Shown: positions 51,001 through 60,445, counted from the stretch's first letter. The stretch is DNA of 64,000 bases from Gammaproteobacteria bacterium (GCA_047638815.1 JBLIMR010000002.1:168945-232944), one strand, 5' to 3'. Notes: generated by a model not told the origin, from the letters alone. Translations and numbers: made by a program.

Positions 51001-54000
51001 ACCTTCTGAAAAGTGGGGTGGTATTATGAGAGATCTTACTACGACTGACTTTGAACAAAGTAATATCGAGTTTATCCAGTTTTGGATGATGGATCCATTT
51101 AATGAGGATTCCGAGAACACTTCAGGTGGACAGTTATATTTTAACCTTGGAAATATTTCGGAAGATATCCTTCGAGATTCTAGAAAAAGTTTTGAAAGTG
51201 GCTTGCCAAGTGAAAGTGATCAAACTGTAAATATTGAAGAAACGGCATGGGCTACTGTACCAACCAGTCAGGCAATTGTAAATGCTTTCGATAATACGAC
51301 TAATTCTAATGCGGACCAAGATGTAGGTTTGGACGGAAGAAGTGATGCCAAGGAGGCAGAATTTATGGCTCAGTACTTGGGTGAGCTTCCAGGTCCGATT
51401 GCCGACATTGCTATTCTTGATCCAGCATATGATAACTATCACCACTTTCGAGGTACAGATTATGATGATGATGAACTTGATATTCTTCAACGATACAAAC
51501 GATACAACGGGTATGAAGGGAATACAGTAACAGCAAGTGATTCTCCGGAGAATTATCCTACTCAATCTCCACTTGGGCCAAGTACCGAAGATGTAAATCA
51601 AGATCAAAACTTGAGTAAAACAGAGAGTTATTTTCAATACAAAGTGAACTTAGTTCCCTCTCAGATGTCTGTGGGTAATAACTACATTACTGATAGACAA
51701 GTTAGAGCTGTAACGACTGCTAATGATGAAACGAGAGAGGTCATTTGGTATCAGTTCAAGATTCCGGTTAGAGATTTAAATAGAGCTTCAGCAGAAAGAA
51801 TTGGTGGAATTCAAGATTTCCGATCCATCAGATTTATGAGAATGTTCATGAAGGGTTGGTCTGAAGATGTAACCCTGCGTTTTGCTAGATTAGAGCTTGT
51901 GAGAGGAGAATGGAGAAAGTATAATGGATCTCTTGAATCTGTTTTTGGACAGCCTAATGAGACGGATCCAACTTTCGATATTTCAGCAGTGAATTTGGAG
52001 GAAAATAGTAATAAAACACCTATTAATTATGTGCTCCCTGATGGTATTACTAGAGAGTTGGCAGTTGGTTCGACAGCGGCAACGCAACTTAATGAACAAT
52101 CACTAGCACTTAATGTTTGCGACTTATCAGATGGTGTTTCGAAAGCAGCCTTCAGAAATTTGAATATCGACATGAGACAGTACAAAAAACTTAAAATGTT
52201 TATTCATGCTGAGGATGCTACCAACAACGGAAATATGGGATATGGAGACTTGACTGTCTATGTCCGATTAGGGTCTGATTTCAAAGACAATTATTACGAG
52301 TATGAGGTGCCAGTTTATCCAACAGCATGGGGTGATAATCAACCAGAACAGGTGTGGCCCCAAGAGAATGATATGGAGATAGTTTTTGCGGATCTTAAAA
52401 GAGCAAAGACCGAAAGAGATTTCAATCAGTGGCCAGTGAATGTTCCATATGAAGAGATTATTGAAAATGGAACAAGAAAGCTCACGGTAGTTGGAAATCC
52501 AGTGCTTAGTGCCGTGAAGACCATAATGATTGGAATTAGAAATCCAGCTGCAAATAGTAATCCTTGGATGGCTAGTGATGACGGTCAGGACAAATGTGCT
52601 GAAATATGGGTTAACGAACTTCGATTGTCTGATTTTGATGAAAGAAGTGGGTGGGCGGCAGTTGCAAGAGTAAATACGCAGTTAGCAGACCTTGGAAACT
52701 TGTCAGTGGCTGCGAATATGAGTACACCAGGTTTCGGTAGTATTGAGAAGAAGGTTAACGAAAGACAGAAAGAAGAGATTCGAGGAATTGATGCATCATC
52801 AAATATTGAATTGGGTAAATTTTTGCCTGAGGAATCTGGGATTAAAATTCCACTATATATGGGATATTCAGAAACGGTTTCTAATCCGCAATTTGATCCA
52901 TTGTCCCCAGATATTGAAACTAGTGATGTTAGTGGGAGTCTTACTGGAGAAGAAAGAAGAGCTTATTTAAGAAGAAGACGAGATTTCCTAAAGAGAAGAA
53001 GTATAAATCTTACTAATGTGAGGAAGGAACGTGCCAGCGGTGCATCCAAACCTCATTTCTATGACATTTCGAACTTTAGTGCATCATACTCCTATAGTGA
53101 AATAACGGCATATGATATCAATACTGAGTTTAATAATACAAGAAACTACCATGGAGGTTTAACATATAATTTTGCTCCAAAGCCGAAGACATTTAGTCCA
53201 TTTGCTTCTGTTGGGTTTATTAATAAGTCCAAATGGTTTAAATTAGTGAAAGATTTCAATGTGAATCTAGGGCCTAAGCAATTCTCTTTTAGAACCGATG
53301 TTGATAGAACTTATAATGAGTTTCAAGCAAGAAACAACTCAACATCTTTTAACTTTCCACCACAATCTCAATATACAAAGACTTTCAATTGGACTAGAGT
53401 TTATGATTTGAAATATGATTTAACAAAATCACTTAGGGTCAATTTCTCGGCCAACAACAGGGCGATTATTGGAGAACCTGCTGGAATCGTTGATAGAGAA
53501 GATGATAGTTACGCGGATCTTAAAGAGGAAGTATGGGGTAACATTGAGAACTTTGGTGAGACTACAAATTATAACCACACCTTTAATGTCAGTTATAAAC
53601 TACCATTAGATAAGCTACCACTCACAAATTGGTTAACTGTAAATACAGGATATGCCGGAACTTATGATTGGCAAAGGGCTCCATTTGCACAAGATTCATT
53701 GCTCGCAAATACTATTCAAAATTCAAGAAACATGAATGTGAATGGACAGGTGAATATGCTTAATCTGTACAACAAGGTTCCATTCTTGAAAAAGGTTAAT
53801 AAGGCTTCTAAAAGTAAAAGAGGGAGCAGAGGATCGAAAGGTAAAGTCAAGAAAGATGCTAGTGGTGACGAAGATGAGGAGAAAGAAAAAGAAAAAAGCA
53901 ATTTCAAGATTGGTCATGAGGCAGCCAAGTTCTTAATGATGTTGAAGAACATTAATGTGACATACACTCAAACAGAAGGACAGCTTCTTCCTAGTTATAC

Positions 54001-55273
54001 ACCAACTACAAATGTCTTGGGGATGGATAATAATTTTAGCGCTCCTGGTTTTGGTTTTGTATTTGGTAGTCAGGATGAAGATTATCCTTTTTATGCAGCA
54101 AGAAGAGGTTGGATAAGTCAGAACAATAATCAAAATATTGCGCATACGAATATTTACTCGGAGAATTTAAACCTGCGAGCCAATATCGAACCGATAAAGT
54201 ATTTCAGAATAGATCTTACTGCGACCAAAACACAGGGAAGGAACAATTCAGGATTTTTCAGATTCAATGAAGATCTACAAGATTATGTTGATGACAATAA
54301 TGTTGAAACTGGAAATTACAGCAGTTCAATCATATCTCTAGGGACAACCTTCTCTAAGGATGATGACAATAATATAAGCGAAATTTTCGGTGATTTCATA
54401 AACAACAGAAGTGTTATTTCTGCAAGATTGGCAAACTTGGATCCGAATGGAGAATTTAGGCCAGGATATGGAAGTAGTTCTCAGGATGTTGTTATTCCTG
54501 CATTTATTGCGGCATATACAAACAAGAGTCCACTGGAAGTAAATCTTAGTCCACTATCAGTAAATCCAATGCCTAACTGGAGAATTACTTATGATGGTCT
54601 GTCCAAAAACAAGAAGATCAAGAAATTATTTAAATCATTTACACTCGGTCACGCTTATCGTTCGACATATACCCTATCTTCTTATACCTCTAACTTAAAC
54701 TTCAGATCTGAAGGGGATAGAGCAACAGATATAAACGGAAACTTTATTTCTGAACTACAGATCCAAGGGATCACCATTTCTGAGCAACTTAGCCCATTGA
54801 TCAATGTTGATATGACTTGGCAAAATAGCTTGATCTCGAAAGTGGAATTGAAAAGAAATAGAACATTGAATCTATCCTTATCGAATTATCAACTTACTGA
54901 GAATAGAAGTAATGAGTTGGTTGTAGGTTCGGGATATAGGTTTAAAAATGTGAAATTCCCATTTAAAATTCAAGGTAAAAAACGTCCTGAAAATGATTTG
55001 AATGTAAGGGCGGATTTGTCTATTAGAGATAACCTGATTATCACACGTATCATTGTTTCTGATGATGAAGGAAATGAAGTGGAACAGAACCAGTTAACTT
55101 CAGGTCAAACAATATTTTCATTGAAAACTTATGCGGACTATACCCTAAATAATCAATTAAACTTTAGAGTATTTTACGATCATCAATTTAATCAACCTCA
55201 ACTTACGTCTATATCCTTTCCAACAACTAATGTAAGTGCGGGTATAGCTATTAGATTTACACTAGCACAATAA
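48068..55273 (+). CDS. sprA: T9SS translocon / gliding protein SprA
   Basis: A single 2401-aa ORF following ruvA. Its size, giant beta-barrel-like composition and C-terminal SAGIAIRFTLAQ fit SprA (Sov). Confidence 0.9.
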   Translation: MTNSPSKINKTLQYVLATMMVGCLYAFTFAETTDNVSWKKTELYLPVDSPEIVLPYPIDDTYNPYGGGGLIDLNTPTNISDSMSYDPVSGEYNFFQTMDGINFRNPSSMTSDEFLDYSLDDIIKSNWQDFVQSSNTEDQQDNNPNPFRPTLDIESKLFNDIFGSNKIEIRPQGSAELTFGVNYSKTENPRISVRQQRNTVFDFDQKIQLNLIGNIGDKMKLQFDYNTESSFDFENQMKLEYTGKEDEIIQKIEAGNVTLPLSGSLISGSQSLFGIKAQTKWGKLTSTTILSQEKGERKEINVEGGAQTQDFEITGDDYEANRHYFLSNYFRDQYDDAMSDLPIVNSAVGVTRIEVWVTNKRAAFEENRNIVGFTDIGEDQIYWKANDIPVGQVDLSPTAFPDNENNSLYASVAGSPAIRSFSQASGTLTALGYSPSNLFEDLESARKLTTNEYSLNSRLGFISLNQSLNNDEVLAVAYEYTLNGQTYQVGEFSTDGIEPPNALMVKLLKSTITNPNNMLWDLMMKNIYSIGAYQVNKQNFRLDVWYNDPTEGFDIPFIPKEGVDQLPLINVLNLDRIDQNGNGTPDGVFDYVPNAESTGGTLNEKNGRVYFTSVEPFGSLLDSKLEAAGLSESDRNDIVFQALYDSTKVAAQQIPELNRFKLKGTYQSASSDEISLNAINVPQGSVKVTAGGVQLTENSDYTVDYNLGRVKILNSGLLESGTPIKISLESNSGLNFQTKTMVGNRFDYEVNENLLVGGTILNLSERPLTQKVDVGSEPISNTIWGADVNYSKESEFVTKLVDKLPFYGTKETSNVNFSAEFAQLLPGHSRSISKEGISYVDDFEGSYSTIDLRSWTRWSLASTPQGQDVLFPEGNLIDSLAYGFNRSHVSWYTIDNLFYGQNSSALPPNVNADMRSDHRMREVREKEVFPSKELPPGSLPTLATFDLTYYPDEKGAYNFNSNVTLNANGTIGYGIGDSPSEKWGGIMRDLTTTDFEQSNIEFIQFWMMDPFNEDSENTSGGQLYFNLGNISEDILRDSRKSFESGLPSESDQTVNIEETAWATVPTSQAIVNAFDNTTNSNADQDVGLDGRSDAKEAEFMAQYLGELPGPIADIAILDPAYDNYHHFRGTDYDDDELDILQRYKRYNGYEGNTVTASDSPENYPTQSPLGPSTEDVNQDQNLSKTESYFQYKVNLVPSQMSVGNNYITDRQVRAVTTANDETREVIWYQFKIPVRDLNRASAERIGGIQDFRSIRFMRMFMKGWSEDVTLRFARLELVRGEWRKYNGSLESVFGQPNETDPTFDISAVNLEENSNKTPINYVLPDGITRELAVGSTAATQLNEQSLALNVCDLSDGVSKAAFRNLNIDMRQYKKLKMFIHAEDATNNGNMGYGDLTVYVRLGSDFKDNYYEYEVPVYPTAWGDNQPEQVWPQENDMEIVFADLKRAKTERDFNQWPVNVPYEEIIENGTRKLTVVGNPVLSAVKTIMIGIRNPAANSNPWMASDDGQDKCAEIWVNELRLSDFDERSGWAAVARVNTQLADLGNLSVAANMSTPGFGSIEKKVNERQKEEIRGIDASSNIELGKFLPEESGIKIPLYMGYSETVSNPQFDPLSPDIETSDVSGSLTGEERRAYLRRRRDFLKRRSINLTNVRKERASGASKPHFYDISNFSASYSYSEITAYDINTEFNNTRNYHGGLTYNFAPKPKTFSPFASVGFINKSKWFKLVKDFNVNLGPKQFSFRTDVDRTYNEFQARNNSTSFNFPPQSQYTKTFNWTRVYDLKYDLTKSLRVNFSANNRAIIGEPAGIVDREDDSYADLKEEVWGNIENFGETTNYNHTFNVSYKLPLDKLPLTNWLTVNTGYAGTYDWQRAPFAQDSLLANTIQNSRNMNVNGQVNMLNLYNKVPFLKKVNKASKSKRGSRGSKGKVKKDASGDEDEEKEKEKSNFKIGHEAAKFLMMLKNINVTYTQTEGQLLPSYTPTTNVLGMDNNFSAPGFGFVFGSQDEDYPFYAARRGWISQNNNQNIAHTNIYSENLNLRANIEPIKYFRIDLTATKTQGRNNSGFFRFNEDLQDYVDDNNVETGNYSSSIISLGTTFSKDDDNNISEIFGDFINNRSVISARLANLDPNGEFRPGYGSSSQDVVIPAFIAAYTNKSPLEVNLSPLSVNPMPNWRITYDGLSKNKKIKKLFKSFTLGHAYRSTYTLSSYTSNLNFRSEGDRATDINGNFISELQIQGITISEQLSPLINVDMTWQNSLISKVELKRNRTLNLSLSNYQLTENRSNELVVGSGYRFKNVKFPFKIQGKKRPENDLNVRADLSIRDNLIITRIIVSDDEGNEVEQNQLTSGQTIFSLKTYADYTLNNQLNFRVFYDHQFNQPQLTSISFPTTNVSAGIAIRFTLAQ

Positions 55274-55279
55274 ACAAAT

Positions 55280-55657
55280 ATGAATATTCCCAAAGAACTT
55301 AAATATACGGAAGACCATGAATGGTTAAGTATAACAGATGGTGTTGTAACTGTAGGTATAACTGATTTTGCACAAGGCGAATTAGGCGACATTGTTTTCG
55401 TAGAAATCGACACCGAGGGAGAATCCTTAGAAGCGGCAGAAGTGTTCGGTACCATAGAGGCCGTGAAAACTGTATCCGATTTGTTCTTGCCTGTGGAAGC
55501 AAAGATCATTGAAGTTAATGAAGCTATTCAGGACAACCCCGAATTAATCAATTCTGACCCATACGGTGAAGGCTGGTTGGTGAAAATTGAAGTTAAGGAT
55601 CCAGCAGCGCTCGATGCTTTAATGAATCATGAAGCCTATCAGGAATTGGTGGGATAA
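55280..55657 (+). CDS. gcvH: glycine cleavage system H protein
   Basis: 125 aa with a YTEDHEW start and the lipoyl-lysine motif IEAVKTVSD. Confidence 0.95.
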   Translation: MNIPKELKYTEDHEWLSITDGVVTVGITDFAQGELGDIVFVEIDTEGESLEAAEVFGTIEAVKTVSDLFLPVEAKIIEVNEAIQDNPELINSDPYGEGWLVKIEVKDPAALDALMNHEAYQELVG

Positions 55658-55665
55658 TCTCCTCC

Positions 55666-56052
55666 ATGCTGAATTTCTTCCGAAACAATTTTATTGGTCT
55701 TGTCTGGTCACTTTTGGCAGTGACCCTAAGTGTAATGCCGGGTAAGGATTTACCTGAGGTTGACATTGTTAATTTCGATAAAATTGCTCATTTAGTATTT
55801 TACGCTTTGTTCTATATCGCAGTGCGTTTTGGTTTGCAGAGGAACTATGCGATAAGCGTCTGGAAAGTCCAAATCTATGCATTCTTATACACGTCTCTTT
55901 TTGGATTGCTGATGGAGTTTATTCAAGGAAATTTTACAGCAGATCGTCATTTTGATTGGTATGATGCCATAGCCAATGTTCTTGGCGTGATTCTTGTTGC
56001 ATTTATGTTCTCTACTATTACGAAGCTTAAATATCTTTTTGCCAAGAATTGA
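55666..56052 (+). CDS. VanZ-like membrane protein
   Basis: 128 aa with 4 transmembrane helices and KIAHLVFY / D.IAN motifs. Confidence 0.6.
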   Translation: MLNFFRNNFIGLVWSLLAVTLSVMPGKDLPEVDIVNFDKIAHLVFYALFYIAVRFGLQRNYAISVWKVQIYAFLYTSLFGLLMEFIQGNFTADRHFDWYDAIANVLGVILVAFMFSTITKLKYLFAKN

Positions 56053-56123
56053 ACCTAATTCCCTTTAGGGGGTATCTCTTTTTGGTTGGCTTAATTTGTT
56101 TAACATAATTAATACCAAAAACG

Positions 56124-56813
56124 ATGAGAAAGCAAAGAAGAAAAGTGAATGTGTATGAACGCCTTAACACACTAAAATTTATGGGCATAATGGCAGCGTG
56201 TGCCTTTACGTTAGTTGCCTTTGAATGGAAATCCTATGATGAGGTTCCTACTCTGGATTATTACCGAACAAGTGATTTGCCACCAGAGGATGCACCGAGG
56301 CCAGTCCCTAAGCCTAAAGTTAAAGAAGTTCTTGCTGTTACAATCACAAAGAATAGGGCTGACCCTAATAACCTCATCATTGTAGATAATAAAGATGAGA
56401 TTCTAAAAACAGGCCCAATTGTGTTTGTACCAGATTCAATGCCTTATGTCCCCAATATTGAACCTGATTTTTTTGAGGAGGAAATAGTGAAACCAGTGGA
56501 ATTTCCACATGTAATAGCCGAATTTCCAGGAGGGGATAGAGCGTTATTAAAGTTCCTGGGCAACGAAATAAATTATCCGAGCCCAGCATTCGAAGTAGGC
56601 TTACATGGGAAAGTGTATCTCCAATTTGTCGTAAGGAAGAATGGTAGCATTGATCAAATTACTGTACTGCAAGGGATTGGTGGAGGATGTGAGGAGGAAT
56701 CTGTAAGAGCCTTGAAAGAATCACCGAAGTGGAAACCGGGAAGTGTAGACGGTAAGGCAGTGGATTCATATTTCAAGTTACCAGTTAAATTTACTTTGAG
56801 TAGTGGATTTTAG
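56124..56813 (+). CDS. TonB C-terminal-domain protein
   Basis: N-terminal anchor, a Pro-rich linker and a C-terminal EFPGGDRALLKFL...GKVYLQFVV...GIGGGCEEE...KWKPG domain. Confidence 0.8.
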   Translation: MRKQRRKVNVYERLNTLKFMGIMAACAFTLVAFEWKSYDEVPTLDYYRTSDLPPEDAPRPVPKPKVKEVLAVTITKNRADPNNLIIVDNKDEILKTGPIVFVPDSMPYVPNIEPDFFEEEIVKPVEFPHVIAEFPGGDRALLKFLGNEINYPSPAFEVGLHGKVYLQFVVRKNGSIDQITVLQGIGGGCEEESVRALKESPKWKPGSVDGKAVDSYFKLPVKFTLSSGF

Positions 56814-56873
56814 TATTAGCAAGATTAATTTTAAAATAAATTTGTACTTTAGTACAGTCTAAAAATAGATAAT

Positions 56874-57551
56874 ATGGAGTTGAAGAAAAATCCCGATGCG
56901 GATATAAATAGAAAATCAAGACCACTGTGGTTAATGGGCCTAATGGCATCATTGGCGATTGTTTTGGTTTCATTTCAATGGAAGCAATATGATATGAGTC
57001 TAGCTACATTGGGCCAGGATAATGATGACATGCTTGAAGAGGAATTTATTCCACCAAGTGAGCAAGTCAAACCACCTCCACCTCCACCTCCACCGCCACA
57101 AGTGGTTACGGTAATAGAAATCATTGAAGATGATTCTGAGGAAGAAGAGACTATCGAAGCAGTGGATATGGAGGTTGATGAGGATACGGAAATCGACATA
57201 GTTGAAATAGTTGAAGAGGAGGAGCCCGAAGAAGATCAAATTTTCATGTCAGCGGACGTCCAACCAGAATTTCCTGGAGGTCAAGCAGCATTTGGCAAGT
57301 TTCTTATGAAGAACATTGCATATCCTGATTTAGCAATGGAAACAAATACACAAGGTAAAGTGTATGTGAAGTTCGTTGTTCAAAAAGATGGGTCGATCAA
57401 CAAGGTTCAAGTTCTTAAAGGAATTGGTGCTGGATGTGATGAGGAAGCTGTAAGAGTGATCAAGAGTGTTCCAAAATGGAAACCAGGAGAGCAAATGGGC
57501 AAGGCGGTGAACGTATGGTATACTGTTCCTGTGAATTTTAGACTCCAATAG
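56874..57551 (+). CDS. TonB C-terminal-domain protein (poly-Pro + acidic linker)
   Basis: Anchor, KPPPPPPPPPQ, a long Glu/Asp tract, then EFPGGQAAFGKFL...GKVYVKFVV...GIGAGCDEE...KWKPG. Confidence 0.8.
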   Translation: MELKKNPDADINRKSRPLWLMGLMASLAIVLVSFQWKQYDMSLATLGQDNDDMLEEEFIPPSEQVKPPPPPPPPPQVVTVIEIIEDDSEEEETIEAVDMEVDEDTEIDIVEIVEEEEPEEDQIFMSADVQPEFPGGQAAFGKFLMKNIAYPDLAMETNTQGKVYVKFVVQKDGSINKVQVLKGIGAGCDEEAVRVIKSVPKWKPGEQMGKAVNVWYTVPVNFRLQ

Positions 57552-57576
57552 AAAGACATAAAAATTGCAAATTGAA

Positions 57577-57607
57577 GGCCTCTTGTTTTAACAAGGGGCC
57601 TTTTTTT
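57577..57607 (+). terminator. rho-independent terminator
   Basis: GGCCTCTTG-ttttaa-CAAGGGGCC forms a 9-bp stem with one G-U pair, followed by TTTTTTT. Confidence 0.85.
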
Positions 57608-57744
57608 GTTTTCCTAAAATGTGCTATGAAAATGTGATTTAAAGGGTTTGGGGAAAAATTCACTTGTTCATATTGGTTTCAAATTGTTAACCCGCCCAAT
57701 ATTTCACGCTTTCACCTACCTTTGAATCTCCTTAAATTAACACT

Positions 57745-59103
57745 ATGAGAATCATACTTGCCATAATAATATTGGTTACATCAATCAATTCCTTTTCTCA
57801 AAAAGACTCCGTATTTATAAGGAATATATACGATGAAGCCTTGGAAAAAGGAGAGTCCTATGAAAACCTTCGAAGTCTTTGCAAAGACATTGGGTCAAGA
57901 CTAACGGGTTCGGCTGAGGCTGAAATGGCAGTGAAGTGGGGAGAGAGACTCCTGAATTCATATGGTTTTGACAAAGTCTACCTACAAGAGATTCAGGTGC
58001 CTCATTGGGAAAGAGGAACAAAGGAGGCCGCATGGATAGAAGATGAGAATGGAAACATTCAAAAATTGAATATTGTAGCATTGGGACATTCTGTTGGGAC
58101 TGACGGCCTAATGAGTGGAGAAGTGATTCAATTTGATAATCTTGAAGAATTAAAAAAAGCAGATATAAGTAAAGTCAAAGGAAAGATCGTATTTCTGAGT
58201 AAGGCTTTTGATCAAAAGCAGATTAAAACTTTTAGAGCTTATGGTGCCTGTTACCCACAACGTGGCAATGGCGCTGCTGAAGCTGGTAAATTAGGAGCAA
58301 AGGCTGTCGTCATAAGATCTTTGGGATCTTCCAACGATGATTTTCCACATACCGGAACAATGAGATACGCTGAAGAGGGTGTTAAGATTCCTGCCGCGGC
58401 CATGAGCACGAATGACGCCAACCTTTTAAATAGTTGGTTGAAGAAAGGAGTAGTGACATTGAAGGTTGAAATGGATTGTAAAATGCTTCCTGATGTCACC
58501 TCTTATAATGTCATTGCCGAAATGAATGGGCAAGATGATAAGATTATTACTTGGGGAGGTCATTTAGATTCATGGGATGTTGGTGAAGGTGCTCATGATG
58601 ATGGCGCAGGAATTGCTCATAGTATTGAAGCACTAAGAATATTAAAAAAACTCGGATATCAACCCAAGCATAAATTGCGCTGTGTGTTATTTATGAATGA
58701 GGAAAATGGCAATATGGGTGGTAAGACCTATGCTACTTGGTGTAAAGGAAACAACGAAAAACACATAGCAGCATTGGAGACAGATAGAGGAGGCTTTTTG
58801 CCAATTGGTTTTGATATTTCAGGCTCAGAGGAGCAGGTAGCATTCGTGCAACAGTTTAAAGATCTTCTTTATGATTTCCAGTTATTCGAATTTGGCGCAG
58901 GATATAGTGGTGTTGACATACGTCCACTAATGACGGAATATCCAGAGATGATTCAATTGGGGATGACCATAAACTCACAAGAGTATTTTGATTACCACCA
59001 CTCTGAAGCCGATGTTTTTGAAGCAGTTAATAAAAGAGAATTGGAATTGGGAGCTGCCGCTATGGCAACAATGGTTTATTTGTTGGATCAACATTTGGAT
59101 TAA
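57745..59103 (+). CDS. M28-family aminopeptidase
   Basis: Signal peptide, a PA-like insert and zinc ligand motifs (GGHLDSWDVGEGAHDDGAG, FMNEENG). Confidence 0.8.
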   Translation: MRIILAIIILVTSINSFSQKDSVFIRNIYDEALEKGESYENLRSLCKDIGSRLTGSAEAEMAVKWGERLLNSYGFDKVYLQEIQVPHWERGTKEAAWIEDENGNIQKLNIVALGHSVGTDGLMSGEVIQFDNLEELKKADISKVKGKIVFLSKAFDQKQIKTFRAYGACYPQRGNGAAEAGKLGAKAVVIRSLGSSNDDFPHTGTMRYAEEGVKIPAAAMSTNDANLLNSWLKKGVVTLKVEMDCKMLPDVTSYNVIAEMNGQDDKIITWGGHLDSWDVGEGAHDDGAGIAHSIEALRILKKLGYQPKHKLRCVLFMNEENGNMGGKTYATWCKGNNEKHIAALETDRGGFLPIGFDISGSEEQVAFVQQFKDLLYDFQLFEFGAGYSGVDIRPLMTEYPEMIQLGMTINSQEYFDYHHSEADVFEAVNKRELELGAAAMATMVYLLDQHLD

Positions 59104-59147
59104 TATTTGTTTTTCGCAAAACCATTATCTTCAAGAGAAATCTGACT

Positions 59148-59903
59148 ATGATGAAATTAAAATCTAGAATTGGCTATTTGTTATCAATCTTATTTATTGT
59201 TTTATTTTTAACTGATCTATCGGCCCAGAAAAAGAAATACCAAATAGAGAAAAACCCTGATGTTGTGGCAAGTTATATTGAAGGGCAGAATGAGTTAGAT
59301 AAATTTCTAAAGAAAAATATAGATTACAATAAGGTAATTGGCGATAAGGGGAAGGTGAATATTGGATTTGTAGTCGAAAAGGATGGAAGTAGCAATAGTA
59401 TGTTCTTGGCTGATAAAAATGGTGTTGGCTTTGCGGTGGAGGCAGCCAGAGTTCTTTCATTAATAGACAATTGGCTACCTGCAAAGAAGAGTAAGGAATT
59501 GGTTAGATCATTGCATTATATCAGCGTTAAATTTAAGAGACCAAAAAACTTCAAATTCCCCGAGGTTGTTCCCATTGATAAGAGTACGGTTAATAATGGT
59601 GTGGGTGCTAGACAACCTCAGTTTCCAGGAGGACCTTCTGCTTTTGGCAAGTTCTTAAGTGAAAACATAGTTTACCCAGGTTTAGCAATGGAGTATAATA
59701 TTCATGGAAAGGTGTATATAAAATATATTATTCAAAAAGATGGACAGATAGCGAACGCTGAGGTCTTGCGAGGAATAGGTCACGGATGTGATTTAGAAGC
59801 TTTGCGACTTATGGCATTGAGCCCTTTGTGGGAGCTTGGATTTCAGGAGGGTAAAGCTGTTAATGTTTGGTACACGATACCAATAAATTTCCAGTTACAG
59901 TGA
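59148..59903 (+). CDS. TonB C-terminal-domain protein (degenerate + canonical domain)
   Basis: The C-terminal half QFPGGPSAFGKFL...GKVYIKYII...GIGHGCDLE...AVNVWYTIPINFQLQ is close to the 56874 paralogue. The N-terminal half is a weaker copy of the same fold pattern. Confidence 0.7.
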   Translation: MMKLKSRIGYLLSILFIVLFLTDLSAQKKKYQIEKNPDVVASYIEGQNELDKFLKKNIDYNKVIGDKGKVNIGFVVEKDGSSNSMFLADKNGVGFAVEAARVLSLIDNWLPAKKSKELVRSLHYISVKFKRPKNFKFPEVVPIDKSTVNNGVGARQPQFPGGPSAFGKFLSENIVYPGLAMEYNIHGKVYIKYIIQKDGQIANAEVLRGIGHGCDLEALRLMALSPLWELGFQEGKAVNVWYTIPINFQLQ

Positions 59904-60298
59904 ATTGCAATGCACTTGAAACAACTCATTCATACTTTATACGATTACTATGAATGCGATTGCAATTTCGCAGAACGAAATCAAAATCCATTCGATTCAT
60001 TAAGATCTAAGTAATAAAACGTTACACAATTGTGCTCGGAATCTTAACAATATTGTTACATACATGGTTAGATACAGCTTTAACTTTAAAAAAACATACA
60101 ACACCTTCCTAAGTAGCAGCAAGTCAGGGTGAAATGTCAAACCATGTAATTAATTCTACCAATATTGGTTTTTTGTAAATAGGTGACTTAATCTAAAACC
60201 AGCACTTTTTTAATTGGTCGACAAAAGTTAATAATCCCACGGATATTACTTTTAATTCAACGACTAATATATAACAAACCAAAAATTGTTGAAAAACT

Positions 60299-60329
60299 TT
60301 GTTAGTTAGAAAAAACAAATGTAATTTCG
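60299..60329 (+). promoter_or_regulatory. candidate promoter TTG-N20-TAATTTCG for rplM-rpsI
   Basis: TTG at 60299-60301, a 20-nt spacer and a 7/8 match to TAnnTTTG at 60322-60329. This would give a leader of about 110 nt. Confidence 0.3.
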
Positions 60330-60445
60330 CAGCCCCTAAAGAAACAGGGAAAGTACCGTTCAATCGGCAATAAACAATTTGAAACGAGCTAATCAGCTGG
60401 GATAATTGTGACTGAGAGGCGGAAATAACAAAACATTGTAATAAA

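Noticed and set aside
51134-51637. 167-aa antisense ORF inside sprA
   Set aside because: It lies wholly within the continuous 2401-aa sprA frame, and its Ile/Phe-rich composition fits an AT-rich shadow frame.
53790-53900. Lys/Ser/Gly then Asp/Glu/Lys low-complexity island inside sprA (KASKSKRGSRGSKGKVKKDASGDEDEEKEKEKSN)
   Set aside because: It is in frame and flanked by normal SprA sequence, so it is most simply a disordered loop. It is not an insertion or a gene fusion that I can demonstrate.
59911-60003. 30-codon ORF (MHLKQLIHTLYDYYECDCNFAERNQNPFDS) just after the third TonB-like gene
   Set aside because: There are no supporting signals, and short ORFs of this size are expected by chance in 542 nt.
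60395-60425. The 'ctgagag' element upstream of rplM as a TPP-riboswitch core
   Set aside because: Only the hexamer matches. The flanking conserved TPP aptamer helices and the pyrimidine-sensing region are absent, and the gene context is wrong.
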